Shown here: positions 18,701 to 26,953 of the stretch, one piece after another
Layout: the number at the start of each line of letters is the position of its first letter
Position numbering within the stretch: position 1 is the first letter of the stretch
The notes under the pieces: model-generated
Told to the model about the DNA's origin: nothing
The model's database searches: none
What the model saw: only the letters and a program-made list of their open reading frames with translations
Assembly (NCBI GenBank): GCA_033763315.1
Contig: JANRKS010000011.1
Location: 188,493-252,492 of the forward strand
DNA from: Deltaproteobacteria bacterium
GTDB taxonomy: Bacteria; Myxococcota_A; Polyangia; Fen-1088
Direction of reading: 5' to 3'
DNA length: 64,000 bases
Made by a program: the position numbers and the translations under genes

Positions 18701-19388
18701 GGAGGGCGGTGGCTGCCGCGAACTTGGTATCCAGCTCGTCCATGGCGGGGGCTTGCTGGGCGAACATAGTGGCCGGGGGAATGCAATTGCCCAGATTTGT
18801 GAGTTTATCGCCCACGTCCGAAGGCAGCCGATAGCTGTTGGTGCCTTGGCTATTGGTCTTCGGAAGGTTGAACAAGTCTGCAGGGCGCCCCTGGGCCTTC
18901 CACAGTTCTAGGAGTTTGCTGAGTTCCACCACCGGGTCGTTGGCTGGGCGTTGTGAGAAGGGTTTGCCACCCGCCGCGGGCGGGGGCATCACTTTGTTGA
19001 TGTCTTCGGACTTGATTGTCGCCAGAACCAGATCATCAATCTTGGTTCGGAAGTTCGTACTTGTGACGTTGAAATCACCTTGGCTGGCATCAATGTGACA
19101 CGCGCCGCAGTGAGAACGGAAGAGTCCGAATAGATCCTGCGTGAACATCACAGAAGGCTTGTTCGACGAGGCCCCGCCCATCGCTGACGAACGGGCCACC
19201 AGCGATTCCGACGCGCGTGCCGGTGTGCATGTGAGAGCTTGCGGGGGTGGCGTCCCGGCACCGCCCATATTTGCAACACCCGGTGGTTCTGCGGGAAACG
19301 CACCAGGGCCGCCGGGCGCCGAGCAACCGAACGGCAGGGCTGCTGTCAGCGCAAGAACAGATGTTTGGAGAAGCTTCGATGTTTTCAT
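15762..19388 (-). CDS. Large tetraheme c-type cytochrome lipoprotein with SO2930-like diheme core
   Basis: Lipobox PFGC; CGACH, CIDCH, CAHCH, CRNCH; YPLWTD..GK.R, KTF, IETR, GTYLWN motifs resembling the SO2930 family. Confidence 0.75.
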   Translation of the reverse strand: MKTSKLLQTSVLALTAALPFGCSAPGGPGAFPAEPPGVANMGGAGTPPPQALTCTPARASESLVARSSAMGGASSNKPSVMFTQDLFGLFRSHCGACHIDASQGDFNVTSTNFRTKIDDLVLATIKSEDINKVMPPPAAGGKPFSQRPANDPVVELSKLLELWKAQGRPADLFNLPKTNSQGTNSYRLPSDVGDKLTNLGNCIPPATMFAQQAPAMDELDTKFAAATALPETLDQTDLTSFDSAELAQRGLVAYVPTYPLWTDSAGKLRYIRVPRGQSVKFNKDLQEFEIPTNTRFYKTFLKKVIDLSGKESYRKIETRVIVSRPDTVAPDGTIKINSLFGTYLWNDDESKAELLRDPLRNGQPFRDRLLTYVQDEPKAKKIIDSKPANLSFALNEENPDLLRHYAVPGSQRCIDCHMGGQALSSFVLGFSPLQVNRRADGTGGTYEHTGADEVNQLQRLIDYGIITGITSPSEVTLLEDSQGARKPRNQHELNAQAYILGNCAHCHNPRGFPSKNPELKEALDFLPRKDNGGIFQFPLERYSKVRKRGAGQDIPMPYITPSLTEYPVSEAPTANWIPKWTNCLINPESAQCVGKSTWVVHMHAPWRSLLYRNVDTPFTYADDFAIFPHMPMHSTSFDCRAPRLMAKWMVSIPAKRKRPQINEWIVPGVTFENVQTPFDTEPQPYEEALPTDPDWTRIEQRAADRLAEWEASQKNNYCPPDQDIVDRRINGAPGAPLVPADLELKDDQENVVLPRDAVPDRAHFLATDLTEAPGDWSPRNGAWKKVLVDGMGPDNQKFVADVLKEVRMTDELRNYALTEVPLGVWAEKPACAAKLASVPKVGSLPATARPSWVVDSRTPAEASLYMQRPGEAIFNTICRNCHGPQADSAGILAQAILDMTGGEARVANFKSGLFGPITGAGGNRQKVFMPVATPTATPEDWAARYLSWMALGGTERSLPPSLLSIVSVTGVLGEQRAPNKLAQVGSPNMLKLAYDLCLQVLTANAEDQAGSLNNVFSKGRINWSQQTALISRNGDADMWLKLCSLGNKPVVRVVIKQGAWTADSKLESLSIDPASSLFFANTFPADAKVLDHEGRVQTGITKDNHFPMCIAPPSAAERPFFNEFMKKNPLAGVEGATIPECPQSWFDARASSQLKVIRGGDQPDFVDRKIWATRGAANAGFAVFAYLDQFLKGASRPKPEYNRCEELP

Positions 19389-19391
19389 GAA

Positions 19392-21437
19392 TCACGACTT
19401 CTGCAGGCGCACTTTGTCGAACTGAACCGTAACCGAAGGCTCGTAGAACGGTTTTATCGCGAGTAGACGAACCAACATGAACCGCGCGTTCGATGGGCTT
19501 GTGGTGCTGACAGATACATCCTTCCAACTGCCGTTTGGACGCGCGTAAAAGGCTTGGTTGCCGGGCGTAAACGCTCCCGTGCAGCCCGCTTCAGAAGCGA
19601 AAAAGCGAACGTCTAGGCCCGCACCGACGGTGTCGCGACCGCCAGGCACTTTGGCTTTGGCCGTCAAAGAATAGTTGGTGCTTGCCGTCACAGCGACGCA
19701 CTGAGCGCCCCCGGCCCAAGAGGTGCCAATTAACTTGGGATCAACAACCGTGTTGGTGACGTCGACCGACCCAGACCCCGCGCGCCCTTCGGCATCCTCG
19801 GCGTTGAACAACAACACAACGCTCGCTTCAGCGGCCCAGCTTGCGGTGGTTGTATCGAAGTCGGGGTTGAGGAGTGTGCCTGACGTTGAACCACCAGTGC
19901 CCACGACGCCACCGGTGCCCACGACGCCACCGGTGCCTACGACACCGCCAGTGCCTACGACACCGCCAGTGCCCACGACGCCGCCCGTACCCACGACGCC
20001 GCCCGTACCCACGACACCGCCCGTACCCGCGACACCGCCAGTACCCATCGTGCCTCCCGTGCCAGGCGCGCCCCCGCCCCCCGAGGGACCGGTCATGGGC
20101 ACCGTGCATTCTGCTTTGCACTCTGAGCCGTCGCAGAAGATCAAGTTCGATCCTGCGCCGATCGGATACATCGGGTCTCGGAACCGAATGGCCACGTCAG
20201 TCGCGCGTCGTTCGGCGCAGGACTCGTCCGCTATCTCCTGCGGTGTGCACGCCTCCACTTCGGCCGCGGCTTCAGCCACCTCTTTGCAAGGGCCGTTGGC
20301 ATTGCCACCCAAACACTGGCTGTCGCTCTTCGTGCCGCAGAAGCACTTTTGTGGATCAGATCCGTCCACCGAACAATTATTGCTTGCGGGCGAGCGGATG
20401 CACGAGACCCACGCTTCGCATGCGGCTCGCCGTGCCCCGGTGAACAGCGCACAACCGGAGGTCGTGGCATCGCACTTCATGGCTTCGCACATCAAACAAA
20501 CGGGGCTTGTACCGATCGTACCCGCGCCACCCGTGCCTGTGGAGCCGCCGCTGCTCATCATGCCACCCGTGCCAACGGCGCCACCCGTGCCAACGGCGCC
20601 GCCTGTGCCAACGGTGCCGCCTGTGCCAACGGCGCCGCCTGTGCCAACGGTGCCGCCTGTTCCCGTCATGCCGCCCGTACCCATGGACATCCCAACGGCA
20701 CCTCCGGCTGCGACGCCATCAATGCAGGAAGGGCTGCAACGCTCTTGATCGCAAGCCAACAAATAATTAACGGCCCGTCCGAGCGCGACGTTGTCATCGC
20801 GCAGCAGCGGCAAGATCACTTCAGGGTCAACGGACTCTGCTGCGTCCTCGAACTCGGCTTTACATGGCCCCGCCGCTTTGCCCGTGATGCAACGTGTGTC
20901 GGTAACAGCGTCGCCGCAATAGCAAGAGGCTGTGTTGGAATGCACCTCACTTGGCTTCGCGCATCCTGTTCTCCGTGCACATTCGATGACGGCCTTGCAC
21001 AGATCGGATCGCAATGAGTCGCGCTTGCGGCCGTCCACCGCCTTTTCACCTGGGGCCGCGCCTTCGTAGCAAAGCTTGTAGAGATTGTTCTTCGAGGGCT
21101 CGCCACTGCTTCCTATGTCGCCTTGGCATTTGGATGCGGCGCATGTCGTGCACGCAGAGGAGACACTGCCGCCTCCTCCAGCTGTGCCGCCATCACCGCC
21201 TCCAGATTGTCCCCCCCCACCGGCGCCACCTTCGACATCCCCAGCGCCACCTTCTCCTCCCGACCCCTGCGCTGCGTCCTGCATAGGAACAACCGCAGCA
21301 TCGACATTCACAACTTCACCAGGGCCGCCTGTGATGTCGTCTCCCGGTGGCATGTAGTCGCCACAGCTGATTGCGTAGCCGAGCGAAACCGCCAAAAGCG
21401 ACAGGAGAGGGAGCCTTCTAATTCTTGAGCTGGTCAT
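19392..21437 (-). CDS. Cys-rich, Gly/Thr-repeat surface lipoprotein with C-terminal CBM-like domain
   Basis: Lipobox AISC; two Cys-rich modules separated by GTGG repeats; C-terminal NPDF...W...QCV...FDKVRL. Confidence 0.8.
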   Translation of the reverse strand: MTSSRIRRLPLLSLLAVSLGYAISCGDYMPPGDDITGGPGEVVNVDAAVVPMQDAAQGSGGEGGAGDVEGGAGGGGQSGGGDGGTAGGGGSVSSACTTCAASKCQGDIGSSGEPSKNNLYKLCYEGAAPGEKAVDGRKRDSLRSDLCKAVIECARRTGCAKPSEVHSNTASCYCGDAVTDTRCITGKAAGPCKAEFEDAAESVDPEVILPLLRDDNVALGRAVNYLLACDQERCSPSCIDGVAAGGAVGMSMGTGGMTGTGGTVGTGGAVGTGGTVGTGGAVGTGGAVGTGGMMSSGGSTGTGGAGTIGTSPVCLMCEAMKCDATTSGCALFTGARRAACEAWVSCIRSPASNNCSVDGSDPQKCFCGTKSDSQCLGGNANGPCKEVAEAAAEVEACTPQEIADESCAERRATDVAIRFRDPMYPIGAGSNLIFCDGSECKAECTVPMTGPSGGGGAPGTGGTMGTGGVAGTGGVVGTGGVVGTGGVVGTGGVVGTGGVVGTGGVVGTGGVVGTGGSTSGTLLNPDFDTTTASWAAEASVVLLFNAEDAEGRAGSGSVDVTNTVVDPKLIGTSWAGGAQCVAVTASTNYSLTAKAKVPGGRDTVGAGLDVRFFASEAGCTGAFTPGNQAFYARPNGSWKDVSVSTTSPSNARFMLVRLLAIKPFYEPSVTVQFDKVRLQKS
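19891..20070 (-). repeat. About 10 x 18-bp coding tandem repeat (mostly GTGGVV)
   Basis: Units such as ccaccagtgcccacgacg and ccgcccgtacccacgacg on the + strand. Confidence 0.9.
20563..20688 (-). repeat. About 7 x 18-bp coding tandem repeat (GTGGAV/GTGGTV)
   Basis: Units ccacccgtgccaacggcg and ccgcctgtgccaacggtg. Confidence 0.88.
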
Positions 21438-21494
21438 GCGTTTCTGCCTGGAAGGTTGCGGCGCGTAACATGCCGCGCCCGCGTTTCGCCGTAC

Positions 21495-21510
21495 ATCAAC
21501 TCGTGTGCCA
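21495..21510 (-). promoter_or_regulatory. Putative sigma54 -24/-12 promoter of the 21437-14719 operon
   Basis: Minus strand TGGCACACGAGTTGAT (TGGCAC-N5-TTGA), ~58 bp upstream of ATG 21437. Confidence 0.65.
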
Positions 21511-21630
21511 ATTGCTCAACAACTTGGACGCAGGCTCGTTTCGCGACCTTGCTTGCTCGGGGAATGACCGATAACCGGACGGCGGCCTCCGGCTTTGCAA
21601 CACACGCGCCTATGCGCGCTTGCGCGACCA

Positions 21631-21663
21631 TTCGATTTTCAATCGAAGTTTTCGGTTTCCGGT
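21631..21663. promoter_or_regulatory. Pair of 13-bp imperfect palindromes, putative UAS
   Basis: TTCGATTTTCAAT (21631) and TTCGGTTTCCGGT (21651), same consensus as 8592..8685, 120-150 bp upstream of the sigma54 motif. Confidence 0.5.
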
Positions 21664-21749
21664 TGGTCTTGTTACACGTCCGTCAAAAAGCGGGAGCGGA
21701 ACCGTAACATCGCAGCGGACACACTCCGGCTATAACGGCGTCGTTCTTG

Positions 21750-22805
21750 ATGTCACACACACAATCAGTCTCACCGCTCGCCTTCTTGCCTCCCGTCACC
21801 ACGGCCTTCGATCTCAAGCGATCGGCTGTGGTACAGAAGCTGCCTCGCCCCGCTTCGCTTCGGTCGTCACGCCGGGATGCGACCACGTGTGGAACCGATG
21901 GGCGATCAGCCCAGATCCGCGAGGTCACCGACCTTATAGGCCGGCTTGCCAATGCCGAAGTCACAGTGGCAATCTTGGGCGAAACGGGGAGCGGCAAAGA
22001 TGTGGTGGCGCGAGCCCTTCACGAAGGCAGCCACCGATCCGCTAAGCCATTTGTGGTGTTCGACTGCGGCGCCGTACCGGCAAACCTGGTGGAAAGTGAG
22101 CTCTATGGCCACGAACGAGGCGCCTTTACGGGCGCGCATAGCGAACACCAAGGCGCCTTCGAGCGCGCGCGCGGCGGAACACTTTTTCTCGACGAAATCG
22201 GTGAGCTTCCCTTAGAGCTGCAACCGAGGTTGCTCCGCGTCTTGGATAACCGCCGCATTCGCCGCGTGGGCGGTTCGCGTGAACACAACGTAGAGGCCCG
22301 GGTTATCTGCGCGACAAACCGCAACCTGGCTCACCTGGTGGCGGCGAAGAAATTCCGCGAAGATCTATACTTTCGTCTCGCCGGCGCCGTGATCTCCGTG
22401 CCGCCGCTTCGCGAACGCAAGGAGGACTTGCCCCTGTTGATCCCCCGCCTGCTTGAGGAATTGGGTGGTGCGGATGTGCAGCTTTCTCCCGCGGCACTTG
22501 ATCTGCTGGCCGCCCATTCATGGCCCGGCAACGTGCGAGAGCTTCGCAATACGCTGGCCTGCGCCTTGGCTTTCATTGATGGCCACCGGCTTGAAGCTCA
22601 CCACATTCGGCTGATGGCTTCTACGTCGGAGCCGCCAAAGGCAGACGCGCTCCTGTTAGGCGGTCTAACGCTTGAGAGTCTCGAGCGCATGGCGATTGCA
22701 CAAACTTTGACTCAAAGCCGCGGCAACAAGCTGCACGCGGCGCGCGTGCTTGGAATTGCTCCGTCAACGCTTTACGAGAAGCTCAAACGCTACGGGATGT
22801 CTTGA
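21750..22805 (+). CDS. Second sigma54 enhancer-binding protein without sensory domain
   Basis: [57 protein letters not shown]; close paralog of 2520..3491. Confidence 0.9.
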   Translation: MSHTQSVSPLAFLPPVTTAFDLKRSAVVQKLPRPASLRSSRRDATTCGTDGRSAQIREVTDLIGRLANAEVTVAILGETGSGKDVVARALHEGSHRSAKPFVVFDCGAVPANLVESELYGHERGAFTGAHSEHQGAFERARGGTLFLDEIGELPLELQPRLLRVLDNRRIRRVGGSREHNVEARVICATNRNLAHLVAAKKFREDLYFRLAGAVISVPPLRERKEDLPLLIPRLLEELGGADVQLSPAALDLLAAHSWPGNVRELRNTLACALAFIDGHRLEAHHIRLMASTSEPPKADALLLGGLTLESLERMAIAQTLTQSRGNKLHAARVLGIAPSTLYEKLKRYGMS

Positions 22806-24229
22806 TGTTCTCGAAAGTAAAACTTTGGATCGTGCTGCTTATGGCCACCTGGGTCACCGATGCCGCCGCTGCGTCTAGCGCGACGTCGCAAGGCGACACC
22901 TGCAAGAACGCCATTCGCCGCGGGCAGCGGGCTACCGCCATCGCCGCCTGCAAGGAAGCTTTGCGGGTGCGTTCGGCACCTGAGCAGATGACCGATGTCG
23001 TGCAGGCCCTCCTTTTGGGCGAGGCGCCTTTGACGCCGGAGGCGCTATATGAGGCGGCCGTTATGAGCCGAAGCGCTTCCCGCTGGGGCGACCTGTGGGG
23101 AGCCATGACTCGCTGCCACTTGGGCAAGCGTCTGGGAGATGAACACATGTTGACGACGTGCACGAAAACACTGACAGAAAAGTACGCACACCTTCCGCAA
23201 GTGAGCGCCCTGTTGCAAGATCTTAAGCCACGAAAGCCCTGGGGATTCTTGGTTTCGTGGGGCGTGATGCTTGCGTGTCTAGCGGGCACCGCAGCGCATG
23301 CCCTCTTGCGATGGCTAAAGAGTCACACAAAAGCGACGGCCGTTGCTGCTGTAGCCGCCATCCTGCTTGCCAGCTTGGTGCCATCATTGGCCCGCGCCCA
23401 ACAAGGCACACCGATCGATATCGATTTGCCAAACCGATTTCCCATCGACGACGCCAACCCACGGGCAAGCGTTCCGACGCCAGAGCAGCGAGAAAAGTTC
23501 CCGCTCGATTTCGGTTACTTCCTGCAGGAATCCCTGGATAGGGCTGAGCGCGCGACCGCAGAGAAACGTCACGCCGACGCTGCGAAGTATTACTACGCCG
23601 TGGCAGCCGCTGTGCCCGATGTGGCCATCGGCTTTACGAAGCTGTGCGATTCACTTGAGAAGGCGGGCCAGATAAAGGAGGCCATCCTGGCTTGCAAAGG
23701 TGCCGTCGCGCGCGAAGGCGCCAAAGTTGCCGACCATGTAAATCTGGTGCGTCTCATCTTTTCGCAGCCCGATCCCTTAGAAACGAAACAGCTTGAAGAT
23801 GTAGCCGCCACCGTTGCACACCTGAAGGCAGAGGCTGAGAAGAAGAACCTTGTGGACACGCGCATTGTTGCGCTCGACCTTGAGTGCGACCTCGCCAAAC
23901 GAACGCACGACAATGGGCTGCTTGCGAAATGCACTGAGGAGTTGGCAAAGCTCTCACCGGGGACAGCCCGAACGATTTCATTGCAGTGGGCTGTGGCGAT
24001 GCTCAACAACGACAAGCCGGCTGCCGAACGCTTGGCGGCTCTGGCGGCGGAAAAGAATTTGTCTGCCGAAGTTGTAAGCAAGATGAAAGAGGGGGCGCAA
24101 TCGTTAAAGCCCGCTTGGCGCCGAGCATTCAGTGATTGGCGCATTTTACTGACGGCCGTGTTCGTCGTCTTTGCGGCTGGGCTTGTGGCCTTGCGCAAAC
24201 GGACGTGGTTTCGTCAACGAATGGCATGA
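22802..24229 (+). CDS. TPR-like membrane-anchored exported protein
   Basis: Signal peptide, helical TPR-like regions, two central hydrophobic segments, C-terminal TM plus basic tail. Confidence 0.65.
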   Translation: MMFSKVKLWIVLLMATWVTDAAAASSATSQGDTCKNAIRRGQRATAIAACKEALRVRSAPEQMTDVVQALLLGEAPLTPEALYEAAVMSRSASRWGDLWGAMTRCHLGKRLGDEHMLTTCTKTLTEKYAHLPQVSALLQDLKPRKPWGFLVSWGVMLACLAGTAAHALLRWLKSHTKATAVAAVAAILLASLVPSLARAQQGTPIDIDLPNRFPIDDANPRASVPTPEQREKFPLDFGYFLQESLDRAERATAEKRHADAAKYYYAVAAAVPDVAIGFTKLCDSLEKAGQIKEAILACKGAVAREGAKVADHVNLVRLIFSQPDPLETKQLEDVAATVAHLKAEAEKKNLVDTRIVALDLECDLAKRTHDNGLLAKCTEELAKLSPGTARTISLQWAVAMLNNDKPAAERLAALAAEKNLSAEVVSKMKEGAQSLKPAWRRAFSDWRILLTAVFVVFAAGLVALRKRTWFRQRMA

Positions 24230-24235
24230 GTTGCG

Positions 24236-24979
24236 ATGAAATCCCTGCTTCTCATTTCCACGGTGGCGTGCACCCTCTTGCCGGGCCTCGGCCGCTTGGC
24301 CAACGCACAGCCGGGCGATGGTGAGAAGGCCGAGCCAAAGTGGATCGATCAAACTGTTGAGCAGGCCTCAGCCCCGGTGCCGCCCGCAGCAGAGCTGCGT
24401 GCCCCGCGCTTTGAGGGCGGGCTTATGTTGGGCGGATATCTGCTGGGCAGGGATCTCGAGTTGGGTGTTCCGGATAGACCTGGCTTTGTGCCTGGTCCGC
24501 GAACGTTGAACGGAATCGTAGGGCTGCGCCTTTCAGTCGAGGCCCTGCGAACACTGAGCATCGAAATCGAGACCGGCATCGCGCCAACCAAAGACCGTGA
24601 GGACGGCCTGGCGGCCACCTTGTGGCTGGGGCGGCTTCACGCCGTCATTCCGGTGGATGTGGATGGCTTCTTCGCAAAGCAACACTTTCGACCGTTTCTG
24701 CTGGGTGGCGTGGGTTTTGCCTCCGTCGTGAGTACCGATGGTCGCGTCGATGCCTTGGGCAATGTCTATGGGCTTCCTCGCAAAGACACCGATGCTGAAT
24801 TTCACCTGGGGGCTGGTATCAAATGGGATCCACACGAGCTTGTGACCTTGCGTTCAGACATTCGCATCTATCAGATGCCCAACACCAAGAGCCAAGGAAT
24901 CACGCCGACCTGGGAAATCGCTGTGGGCGCCAGTTTCAAGTTTGCCCGCGCGTGGGGCCGCAAAACCGACGCTTTCTAG
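24236..24979 (+). CDS. Outer-membrane beta-barrel protein (OmpA-like barrel)
   Basis: Signal peptide; RPFLLGGVG, FHLGAGIKW, LRSDIR, WEIAVGASFKF. Confidence 0.7.
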   Translation: MKSLLLISTVACTLLPGLGRLANAQPGDGEKAEPKWIDQTVEQASAPVPPAAELRAPRFEGGLMLGGYLLGRDLELGVPDRPGFVPGPRTLNGIVGLRLSVEALRTLSIEIETGIAPTKDREDGLAATLWLGRLHAVIPVDVDGFFAKQHFRPFLLGGVGFASVVSTDGRVDALGNVYGLPRKDTDAEFHLGAGIKWDPHELVTLRSDIRIYQMPNTKSQGITPTWEIAVGASFKFARAWGRKTDAF

Positions 24980-26862
24980 CCGTCACCTTCGTTGTCGTCA
25001 GCGTACTGCTTGCCGGCGAGGCGGGCGCGGAACCCTACGCCGGCGCGGCCTCAACGCGTCGTCTGATCGCTGAGGTCCTGAAGCGGTGTCCAGGGGCGGC
25101 CTCGCTGGCGTTCGATGGCACAAGCTCGAGCAAGGCCGAAGAGGCGCTGGTGTTGCAACAGCAGCAGACGTCCCCCATGACGCGTGATCTTGGGCCCTCA
25201 CTCACATGCCAGGCGCCCTCACCGGGCGAAGCAGAGGGCCTCCTTGTCGGCCTCGACGCGGTGTCGCTCTATGCGGCGCCTACTGATCAAGCGCTTTGTT
25301 TGTCCGGCTTGACGGGCGGCGTGCAGATCGACGTTGAAGATCAAAATGGCATCGCCGGTGTGCAGTGCCCGGGATGCAACGGCAACCAATATCCCCTGGC
25401 GGATTGGAAAGACGTTCTTCGGTTGGTGTATTTGGGATTGCCCAAAGCTGCAGGTGCCGACCTTTCGCAGCGCGATTGCAACAGCGACGTACGCCACACC
25501 CTGGTCAACCGATGGGTAAGTCTGTTTGGATCTGGCTGTATTGGCAATCAATGCTCTCGGCTCGAACACGCCTTCCGCCCGGGCGATCACAGCGAGAAAA
25601 CGGCGCTGTTCTTGAGTTTATTGGGCCTAGCAAACACGGCTCCCGTAAATGCGTTTTGCAACGGGGTGGGGGCGCCTGCTTTCCCCGCGGTCCCCACAGC
25701 CAAAGACGCGCTCAGCGACTTTTGGGATGGCGATCCAGTGCGTCGGCCGTGTGATTCGAACCATCAAGTGTGCGCCGCTGATCACACGCTGGGCCTCGTG
25801 CTGCCAGTTGTGGTTCCCGAAAATTTACCGCCTGAAGTGGCGTACCCAACGCAGCCCTGTTCGTTTGGTGTGTGCCGTTTTCTGTTCACGAACCAACTTG
25901 TGTTGACGTGCCCGAACGGCAAGCCTCAACTGTTCGGAAAGTGCTTCCAGCAAGTTGCGAATCTGCCAAACGGGCAGTTTACAGCTGCTTGCGTTCCGGA
26001 CGCCGGTTACACATGCTTTGGCGCGGGCAACCAGGATGGCCGTGTTTACACAAAAGCCACGCTGAATCCGAACGGAACGTACGCAGTGGATGGCGCAGGG
26101 CGCGCGCTCACGGGATCTTTCCATCGGCTTAATGCCACGCGTGCCCGCGGCGCTGGCTCCCCGTGTCGGCAAACCAATGGGTTGGCACAGATTGCCTGTC
26201 TTTCGCAATCTGTTGGCTGCAGCATGGGCGCCGCAGGCATCGACAGCGGCAGCGGCGTGGCCAACGTGATGGCCTTGCCAGTGGCGGGTGTTGCCCCGAC
26301 GATCGAGAACGTACGCAAGAAGGCCGAAGGCGAACAAGCGCCCGGTGCCTACCCCTTGGCCGCACGCGTGTTGCTGAACTCAATGCGCGGCTTTGATGTC
26401 TTAACGTCTCCGGCCGAAGGCAACTTAACCGGCTGCTTCAACAGCCCTTCATTGATGGCAGCCGCTTTAAATGCCTCAGGGCTCACGCCCCTTGCCACGC
26501 CGCCCAAGTGTGTTGACTTCGACGAACGCGCTTGCGGCCTCACTTTGTTTAACCGCAACGCATGCAACAAGCGCATGTTCAATTGGTGCCCCACCATCTC
26601 GGGCTTGTTCGTCGCGCCTACGACCACGGGTGTGGGGGGCAGCATTTCCCTGTTCGCCTCGGCCACCGATGACGATGGGGCGCTGGATCCGATGGAGTAC
26701 GTATGGTCAGCACCCAGCGGAGCCTTCGCGGATCGCTTTGCCAAGAACACAAAGTTCACTTGCACCGCGCCCGGCACGTTTGACCTGCAGCTGGCCGTTT
26801 GGGACGGCGCCTGCAAAACCGAACAGTCAGTGACGGTCACCTGCGTGGCGCCCACCCTTTAA
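24952..26862 (+). CDS. Second Cys-rich PstS-like protein (degenerate binding motifs) with C-terminal Ig-like module
   Basis: Aligns with 8889..10529 (RDCNS.VR..LVN.W, D.DP.RR.C, CPNGK.QLFGKCF, YPLA); start taken at GTG 24952 before signal peptide. Confidence 0.72.
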   Translation: MGPQNRRFLAVTFVVVSVLLAGEAGAEPYAGAASTRRLIAEVLKRCPGAASLAFDGTSSSKAEEALVLQQQQTSPMTRDLGPSLTCQAPSPGEAEGLLVGLDAVSLYAAPTDQALCLSGLTGGVQIDVEDQNGIAGVQCPGCNGNQYPLADWKDVLRLVYLGLPKAAGADLSQRDCNSDVRHTLVNRWVSLFGSGCIGNQCSRLEHAFRPGDHSEKTALFLSLLGLANTAPVNAFCNGVGAPAFPAVPTAKDALSDFWDGDPVRRPCDSNHQVCAADHTLGLVLPVVVPENLPPEVAYPTQPCSFGVCRFLFTNQLVLTCPNGKPQLFGKCFQQVANLPNGQFTAACVPDAGYTCFGAGNQDGRVYTKATLNPNGTYAVDGAGRALTGSFHRLNATRARGAGSPCRQTNGLAQIACLSQSVGCSMGAAGIDSGSGVANVMALPVAGVAPTIENVRKKAEGEQAPGAYPLAARVLLNSMRGFDVLTSPAEGNLTGCFNSPSLMAAALNASGLTPLATPPKCVDFDERACGLTLFNRNACNKRMFNWCPTISGLFVAPTTTGVGGSISLFASATDDDGALDPMEYVWSAPSGAFADRFAKNTKFTCTAPGTFDLQLAVWDGACKTEQSVTVTCVAPTL

Positions 26863-26953
26863 AGGGGCCTTGTTGCACACCTGTCACGCAAGCAACAAGT
26901 TCATGAAGCTGTTGCTTGTGCCCGGCACGTAACCGCTTTATGAACGGTATGTC

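Noticed and set aside
19891-20070. Repeat array as possible CRISPR
   Set aside because: Contiguous 18-bp in-frame coding units with no spacers and no cas genes
19723-20748. 341-aa + strand ORF rich in PVPTT repeats
   Set aside because: Antisense shadow of the GTGG repeats in the minus-strand lipoprotein gene
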